Assembly: GCA_965248265.1 (NCBI GenBank)
Contig: CBDFJF010000001.1
Coordinates: 1,952,001-2,016,000, forward strand
DNA: 64,000 bases
DNA from: Candidatus Latescibacterota bacterium
GTDB taxonomy: Bacteria; Latescibacterota; UBA2968; UBA8231
Direction: 5' to 3'
Shown: one piece after another, positions 58,644 through 64,000 of the stretch
How positions within the stretch are numbered: position 1 is the stretch's first letter
Layout: every line of letters starts with the position of its first letter
Translations under genes and position numbers: made by a program
The notes under the pieces: generated by a model
The model's database searches: none
What the model saw: the letters and a program-made list of their open reading frames with translations, nothing else
What the model was told of the DNA's origin: nothing

Positions 58644-59627
58644 CTACCCATCCGTCTGGATCTGGCTCGCCCACGCCCGGTTCCCCTGGTACCAGGCCAC
58701 GAGGGCCGCCATCCCCTCATTCACCCCGTACTCCGGCGACCACCCCAACAACAGGTGGGCCTTCTCAATCTGAGCCCACGTTGCAGCCATATCCGCCGCG
58801 TGCGCCTTCCGCCGCTCGATCTCGGCCTTCCGCCCCACCAGGTTCTCGATTATCCGGATCATGTCCATCAACACCACCGGCTTGTCCGACCCCAGGTTCA
58901 CCACCTCGTAACCCACCGGCCTCAGGGCCGCCTCCACCCCCCTAGCGATGTCCGCCACGAAGGTGAAGTCCCGCCGCTGCGTGCCATCGCCGAACAGTTG
59001 CACGGGGCGTCCCTCGCTGATCCACTGCACGAACCGGAAGGGGCTCATGTCCGGCCGCCCCGCTGGCCCGTAGACCGTGAAGAACCGCAGCGCCGTAACG
59101 TCCAGCCCGTGCAGATGATGGTAGGTGTAGCAAAGTTCCTCTGCCGCCTTTTTCGAGGCAGCGTACGGCGACAACGGCTCGCTCGTATGGGCGTCCTCCC
59201 GGAACGGCACGGCGTTGCGCGCCCCATAGAGGCTCGACGACGAGGCGAGGACGAACTTGCCGATCCCTGTCTCGCGACAGGCCTCTAGCAGGTTCAGCGT
59301 CCCGGCAACGTTCGTCTCGTAGTAGACCCAGGGATTCTCGACGCTGTAGCGCACACCCGCATAGGCGGCGAGATTGACGACGGCGTCCACACCACCCGCC
59401 TCGGTGACCACCCGCAACAGGCACCCAATTTTCCGGTCAGTGATATCCGCCCGCCGGAAGTCGAAACCTCTCACCCCCTCCAACTGCGCCAGCCGCCAGT
59501 CCTTCAAGCGACGGTCGTACGCCTCGTTCAGGTTGTCGATCCCCACCACCGTGTGACCGCTGTCCAACAGCCGCCTCGTCGTCTGCGCACCGATGAACCC
59601 GGCGCACCCCGTAACCACGACTCTCAC
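58644..59627 (-). CDS. UDP-glucuronate 4-epimerase-like extended SDR
   Basis: TGCAGFIG, LAAYAGVRYSVENP, YAASKK, LRFFTVYGPAGRPDM. Confidence 0.93.
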   Translation of the reverse strand: MRVVVTGCAGFIGAQTTRRLLDSGHTVVGIDNLNEAYDRRLKDWRLAQLEGVRGFDFRRADITDRKIGCLLRVVTEAGGVDAVVNLAAYAGVRYSVENPWVYYETNVAGTLNLLEACRETGIGKFVLASSSSLYGARNAVPFREDAHTSEPLSPYAASKKAAEELCYTYHHLHGLDVTALRFFTVYGPAGRPDMSPFRFVQWISEGRPVQLFGDGTQRRDFTFVADIARGVEAALRPVGYEVVNLGSDKPVVLMDMIRIIENLVGRKAEIERRKAHAADMAATWAQIEKAHLLLGWSPEYGVNEGMAALVAWYQGNRAWASQIQTDG

Positions 59628-60772
59628 TCCGTTCTCCGTCGCCGAAGCAGTTGCTCGTATGCCTGGCCGGTTCGCGTCGCCATCGTCGCCAGGTCAAAAC
59701 CGGGTGCACGGCGCAGACCTCGTTCTCCCAGCTCGCGGCGCGTGTCATCGTCGCTCAGTACTGCTGCCAGGGCCCGCCGGAGTCCCTCCGGCTCGCCGTT
59801 CACCAACACTGCCGCGTCGCCCACCACCTCCCCCACGCCCCCCACATCGGTGGTCACCACTGGGCAACCCATCGCCATCGCCTCTACGAGCGACAGCGGC
59901 ATGCCCTCGCTGTGCGACGGCAGCACGAAGACGTCGAAGGCGGCCAGCCACGGCCGTACGTCGGACACGACTCCGGTAAAGACCACGTGGTCCGAGATCC
60001 GCAGGAACCGTGCCTGCGCCTCCAGCGTCCCGCGCAGGGGGCCGTCGCCGACGATACACACAGTCAGGTCGGCGTTCTCGGCCAGCAGGGCCGCCGCGGC
60101 CCCCAGTAAGTCTTCGGTCCCCTTCTCTCGGGTGAGGCTGCCCACCGTGCCGATCACTCGAGGGCCCTCCGGCAGCGCCACCGGCCGCGGCCCCGCCTTC
60201 TCGCGCCGGTAGTGCTCCAGGTCGATCCCGTTCGCGATCGCTGTCCAGTGCGCCGCCTCGACGATGCCGGCCGCCTCCAACTCCTCGGCCACGCGTTCGC
60301 TGATCGTGATGCACTCGTCCGTCAGCCGCGCGCAGCGACGCTCGACGGCGCGCAGCACCCACGGTCCCACGCCCGCGCCTGCCAGCTCGCCCACGACCCC
60401 GTGATACGTGTGCACCACCACCGGCACCCCCGCCCGCCGCGCCGCAAGTCGGCCCAGCAACCCCGACTTGCTGATGTGCGTGTGCACGATGTCGTAATTC
60501 CCGCGGCGCAGGATCCCCAGGATCTCGCGGTATGCCTTCCAGTCCTGCCACAGCGAGATCGCCCGCTGCAGGCTGTCGACGTAGTGCAGCCGCAACCCCG
60601 TCGCCTCCGCTTCCTCCCACAGGCTGCCCTCGCAGGGCTCGCCCCGGCCCGCCAGGATCTCCACCTCAAACCGCTCCGGGTCCAGGCTGCGCGCCAGGTC
60701 GATGACGTGCCGCGAGGCGCCGCGCTTCACCAGCCGCGTGATCACCTGCAGCACATGGATGCGCCGCGTCAT
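59624..60772 (-). CDS. glycosyltransferase family 4
   Basis: MTRRIHVLQVIT, VHTH..KSG, HTYHG, PSHSEGMPLSLVEAMAMG; start ATG 60772. Confidence 0.92.
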   Translation of the reverse strand: MTRRIHVLQVITRLVKRGASRHVIDLARSLDPERFEVEILAGRGEPCEGSLWEEAEATGLRLHYVDSLQRAISLWQDWKAYREILGILRRGNYDIVHTHISKSGLLGRLAARRAGVPVVVHTYHGVVGELAGAGVGPWVLRAVERRCARLTDECITISERVAEELEAAGIVEAAHWTAIANGIDLEHYRREKAGPRPVALPEGPRVIGTVGSLTREKGTEDLLGAAAALLAENADLTVCIVGDGPLRGTLEAQARFLRISDHVVFTGVVSDVRPWLAAFDVFVLPSHSEGMPLSLVEAMAMGCPVVTTDVGGVGEVVGDAAVLVNGEPEGLRRALAAVLSDDDTRRELGERGLRRAPGFDLATMATRTGQAYEQLLRRRRTE

Positions 60773-60790
60773 CGCGCCCTGCCAGCGACC

Positions 60791-60962
60791 AAGGAGCTCA
60801 CCCAACGACATTCCGTAGAAATCGCGCCCCAGCCGGAAGCGTCGGAGGTGACGGACGAAGACCCGGAGGACGCCGTGGATGTCTTCCGCGCGGACTGGTA
60901 TCGGGGTGTCAAGGCGAGCCATGAGTCCAGGGGACACGCTGCGGGTCTACCGGCAGGATCGG
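60791..60962 (+). pseudogene. inverted relic of an XRE/HigA-like helix-turn-helix gene
   Basis: EDAVDVFRADWYRGVKAS / MSPGDTLRVYRQDR (extra C near 60920) resembles the segment leading into the HTH of XRE-type antitoxins; truncated before the HTH. Confidence 0.5.
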
Positions 60963-61007
60963 TCTCACCCGCTCCGATGCCTACCGCACCGTCGGCTACA
61001 TCCCAAT

Positions 61008-62033
61008 TCACGGCCCTTCCACCCCGACCGGTACCCCTCCCTGGTCCAGAGATCGCTGCGCCGCCTCCAGCACGCGCACTACCCGCAGCCCGTCCTGGCC
61101 GTCACTTCTCGGCACGGCATTGTCCCGTACGCAATCGACGAAATGCTGGCACTCGAGCTTCAGCGGCTCGTCCATGTGGATGTGGGGTATGACCACATCG
61201 CCGAACCGCAGTGTGATTGCCTCACCGTAGGACTCGTAGCTCTCGCGTTCCACCGCCTTGTCGTAAATCCTGATTTTTTCGGCACTTTCCATGTCGTCGA
61301 AGACGGCCATCTTTTCACTGCCGACGATCGTCAACTTCCGGATCTTGTGCGGATCAAGCCACGAAACCTGCAGCTGGCCCATCTTGCCGTCTTCGAAGTG
61401 CAGGTTGACGAAGACGACGTCCTCAACGCCCTTCTGCAGATAGCACTCCCCGCTGGCGCTGACCGCGTCGGGCTCTTGATCGAGCAGGTACAGCATTACG
61501 GAGATGTCGTGGGGAGCCAGGCTCCACAGTGCATTCTCGTCCTTACGGACGATGCCCAGGTTGACGCGCTGGGAGTACAGGTAGTACGTCTCGCCCAGGT
61601 CACCATCGTCGATGAGGCGTTTGAGAGCGTCGACGGCGGGATGGTGAACGAGGAGATGACCCACCATGAGGACGCGGTCATTTCGGCTCGCGAGCTTCAC
61701 CAGCTCCTCCGCCTCCTTTGCTTTCGTCGTCATAGGCTTCTCGACGAAGACATGCTTCCCCGACTCGAGAGCCCGCTTGACAGTCTCGTAGTGCTGGACC
61801 GCTGGAAGAGCGATCACCACTGCGTCGGTGTTAACATCCTGCAGGACACTCTCGTAGTCGGGGACCACCTTCAGATCGCTGTGCAGCCCCGCGACACGCG
61901 CCCTAACCTCCGGATCGCTGTCGCACACCGTCCCCAGATGCGCCCCGCGCAGGTTGGCGAAAACCCTGACCAGATTCCGGCCCCAGTATCCGGCTCCCAC
62001 ACACGCGATCGATACAATTTCGTTCCTACCCAT
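61008..62033 (-). CDS. Gfo/Idh/MocA oxidoreductase (WbpB/WlbA-like NDP-sugar 3-dehydrogenase)
   Basis: VGAGYWG, HVFVEKP, MVGH, RVNLG...SLAPHD, SWLDPHK. Confidence 0.92.
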   Translation of the reverse strand: MGRNEIVSIACVGAGYWGRNLVRVFANLRGAHLGTVCDSDPEVRARVAGLHSDLKVVPDYESVLQDVNTDAVVIALPAVQHYETVKRALESGKHVFVEKPMTTKAKEAEELVKLASRNDRVLMVGHLLVHHPAVDALKRLIDDGDLGETYYLYSQRVNLGIVRKDENALWSLAPHDISVMLYLLDQEPDAVSASGECYLQKGVEDVVFVNLHFEDGKMGQLQVSWLDPHKIRKLTIVGSEKMAVFDDMESAEKIRIYDKAVERESYESYGEAITLRFGDVVIPHIHMDEPLKLECQHFVDCVRDNAVPRSDGQDGLRVVRVLEAAQRSLDQGGVPVGVEGP

Positions 62034-62213
62034 TCCCCAAAACTCCTAAGCTGTCCGGCCTGGCGGATGCGTGGTTGCTGAAGATTCCTGCCTCGATACG
62101 CTCCGCCCCCGTCACTTACGCCACGAAAAATGGCGCAACTTATTGTTTTTTTGTTGTTTAATACTACTCAACGGCGCACGATCTCAAGGACCACGCCTGA
62201 CGCCGTCGATCAC

Positions 62214-62831
62214 TCAGGACAGATGCCAGACCTTTGATTCAGGGACTTCCAGCTCTCGCAGTCGCAGGTCAGCAACATCCAGGTCGTTCAGGACGGTTAT
62301 GAGAACGCCGTCCAGGACGAGTGTCTTCAGCTCTTGTTCGGAAACCAGGGGAACCCCACCAAACGCTTCGCCATCGAAACCATCGTCAGCGACCGCGACC
62401 ACCTCGATCCCATCCTGATGGACAACGGACATCACAATACGAGCAGCCTCACTCGCGCCGAAGAGCGCGATCCGGCGCACGCCCGCCTCACCCATGGAAG
62501 CGAGGCATTCCTCCAGTTTCTCCTCCACCCGGTTGTAGTAGCCGATCGTCATCTTCATGAAGCCGTAGGTAAGCCGCGACTTCTCCTTGAGACCGGTGGG
62601 AGTCAGGATGTAGAGGTAAGCACGCTTGTCGGGGTTATTCAGCGCGCGCTGAAACTTCACATGGCCCTTCTCCAGCAACCGGTGAAGGCAGTAGTTGACC
62701 TTCTTTAGATTCAACCCAGTTTGACGCGACAACTCCCGCTGCGTGACTTGTTCGCTCTCTGTCAGGGCTTCCAGGACAGCGAGCATACCGAGGTCATCGC
62801 GCGTAGTTGTATCCTGCGCCGGGATAGGCAT
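62214..62831 (-). CDS. EPS-associated MarR-type winged-helix regulator with C-terminal Rossmann-like domain
   Basis: TQRELSRQTGLNLKKVNYCL, KRAYLYILTPTGLKEKSRL, IALFGASEAA. Confidence 0.9.
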   Translation of the reverse strand: MPIPAQDTTTRDDLGMLAVLEALTESEQVTQRELSRQTGLNLKKVNYCLHRLLEKGHVKFQRALNNPDKRAYLYILTPTGLKEKSRLTYGFMKMTIGYYNRVEEKLEECLASMGEAGVRRIALFGASEAARIVMSVVHQDGIEVVAVADDGFDGEAFGGVPLVSEQELKTLVLDGVLITVLNDLDVADLRLRELEVPESKVWHLS

Positions 62832-62949
62832 AGAGATCCCCTTGACGGATTTCAGATACTCAAATTTTCGTGCTTCAGGAACTGATTTATAGCAATTAAG
62901 GCAGAGGCGTGCCCAATCAGTATTGGAAGTAGGATTGTGCGTGGGAAAA

Positions 62950-62978
62950 AATGTAGCCAGATGTTAACGTATTGTCAA
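62950..62978 (-). promoter_or_regulatory. sigma70-type promoter
   Basis: Minus strand TTGACA-17 nt-TACATT upstream of the MarR gene. Confidence 0.75.
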
Positions 62979-62985
62979 GAAGAAA

Positions 62986-63019
62986 GTTACCAAAGGTAAC
63001 AATGGTGATTTGGCTCACA
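62986..63019. promoter_or_regulatory. operator-like palindrome plus CRP/FNR-like box
   Basis: GTTACC-AAA-GGTAAC (62986-63000); TGTGA-N6-TCACC on the minus strand (63004-63019). Confidence 0.5.
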
Positions 63020-63066
63020 TTTTCGCACCTCACGGCGTGCTCGGCCGCCTAGGGGCCCGCCTTGAT

Positions 63067-64000
63067 TCACAGATGGACGATCCGTTCGGAAGCAGCGAAA
63101 CTCCGCAGGGCATTACGTGTGTCGACGATGAGCCTGGCCTGATCCACGATGCGTGCCCAGTCGTATGAGGAATGTGCAGTGACGATTACGCAGCAGTCGG
63201 CCCGGACAACCTCTGCGCACAACTCGACCGACTCGAGATTGCCACCCTGCTCGATCTCCAGTCGCGGTACATGTGGGTCGTTGTAGCAGACCTCAGCCCC
63301 CTTGCGCCGCATCAACTCGATGATGTTCAGGGCCGGACTTTCACGCACATCGTCAACGTCCGCCTTGTATGCCACTCCGAGGATCAGGATCTTCGACCCT
63401 TTCACCGGCTTCCCCGCGTCGTTGAGCGCATCGGCGACCTTGCTGACGACATGATGCGGCATGCCCGCATTGATTTTGTCCGCAAGGTCTATGAACCGGG
63501 TCTCGTGATCCATGCCGCGCATCTTCCACGACAGGTACAGCGGGTCGATCGGCAGGCAGTGGCCGCCGAGCCCGGGACCCGGATTGAACTGCATGAACCC
63601 GAACGGTTTGGTGGCTGCGGCGTCGATGATCTCCCAGACGTTCAGCCCCAGCCGATCGCAGATCAAGGCGATCTCGTTCACCATCCCGATGTTGACTGCT
63701 CGAAACGTGTTTTCCAGCAGCTTGACCATCTCGGCGGCCGCGGGAGACGATACCGGGACGACCGTGTCCACAGCGTGCCGGTACAAAGCTACGGCAGCCT
63801 CAGTGCATGCCGGTGTAACTCCGCCAATGACCTTGGGTGTATTGCGCGTCTGCCACTGCTTGTTGCCCGGATCAATTCTCTCGGGTGAGAAGGCCAGGAA
63901 GAAATCCACGCCTGGCTCAGCTCCATTCACCCGCAGGCGTGGGAGAATCAGCTCCTCGGTAGAGCCTGGATAGGTCGTGCTTTCGAGCACGACGAGCATG
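63067..64000 (-). CDS. UDP-N-acetyl-D-glucosamine 6-dehydrogenase (WbpA/TviB-like), 5' end outside window
   Basis: LESTTYPG, FSPERIDPG, KLLENTFR, PGPGLGGHCLPIDP, GVAYKADVDDVRESP. Confidence 0.95.
   Translation of the reverse strand, partial: MLVVLESTTYPGSTEELILPRLRVNGAEPGVDFFLAFSPERIDPGNKQWQTRNTPKVIGGVTPACTEAAVALYRHAVDTVVPVSSPAAAEMVKLLENTFRAVNIGMVNEIALICDRLGLNVWEIIDAAATKPFGFMQFNPGPGLGGHCLPIDPLYLSWKMRGMDHETRFIDLADKINAGMPHHVVSKVADALNDAGKPVKGSKILILGVAYKADVDDVRESPALNIIELMRRKGAEVCYNDPHVPRLEIEQGGNLESVELCAEVVRADCCVIVTAHSSYDWARIVDQARLIVDTRNALRSFAASERIVHL

Noticed and set aside
60212-62081. 326-aa and 400-aa plus-strand ORFs
   Set aside because: Antisense to the GC-rich GT4 and Gfo genes; only the short 60791-60962 segment looks protein-like.
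1-64000. CRISPR arrays, tRNA/rRNA, retron or defence genes, invertible repeats
   Set aside because: None seen by eye; no recombinase or reverse transcriptase ORF. Short structured RNAs could be missed without a covariance search.

Overview
One continuous 64 kb surface-glycan (O-antigen/EPS/capsule or glycoprotein glycan) biosynthesis locus. About 50 genes, essentially all on the minus strand and often translationally coupled by ATGA/GTGA overlaps; both window ends cut genes. In transcription order (right to left): UDP-GlcNAc 6-dehydrogenase, an EPS-type MarR regulator with a clean sigma70 promoter, a Gfo/Idh/MocA dehydrogenase, GT4 and a UDP-uronate epimerase (GC-rich block). A lower-GC block of unusual sugar-tailoring genes follows: two TylF-type O-methyltransferases, 2OG-Fe(II) oxygenase, radical SAM, cytidylyltransferase-PfkB fusion, HAD, APH-like kinase, split transketolase, Zn-dehydrogenase, Glf-like mutase, class III aminotransferase, GNAT, thioredoxin, GmhB, several SDRs and methyltransferases, and Wzx. 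Next is a lipid-linked-sugar block (two DPM1-like GT2, DUF2304, two GT-C, CBM/TPR membrane proteins), then an assembly block (CapK-like ligase, Wzy, AsnB, O-antigen ligase-like protein, heparinase II/III, GT4s, SGNH, CapD/PglF). The spacers hold about a dozen recognisable gene relics, including a B12 radical SAM, IS66, an inverted XRE-type regulator and GT-C paralogues, and several genes carry single-base frameshifts. I saw no rRNA, tRNA or CRISPR array. All family assignments come from reading motifs by eye; no HMM or database search was run.
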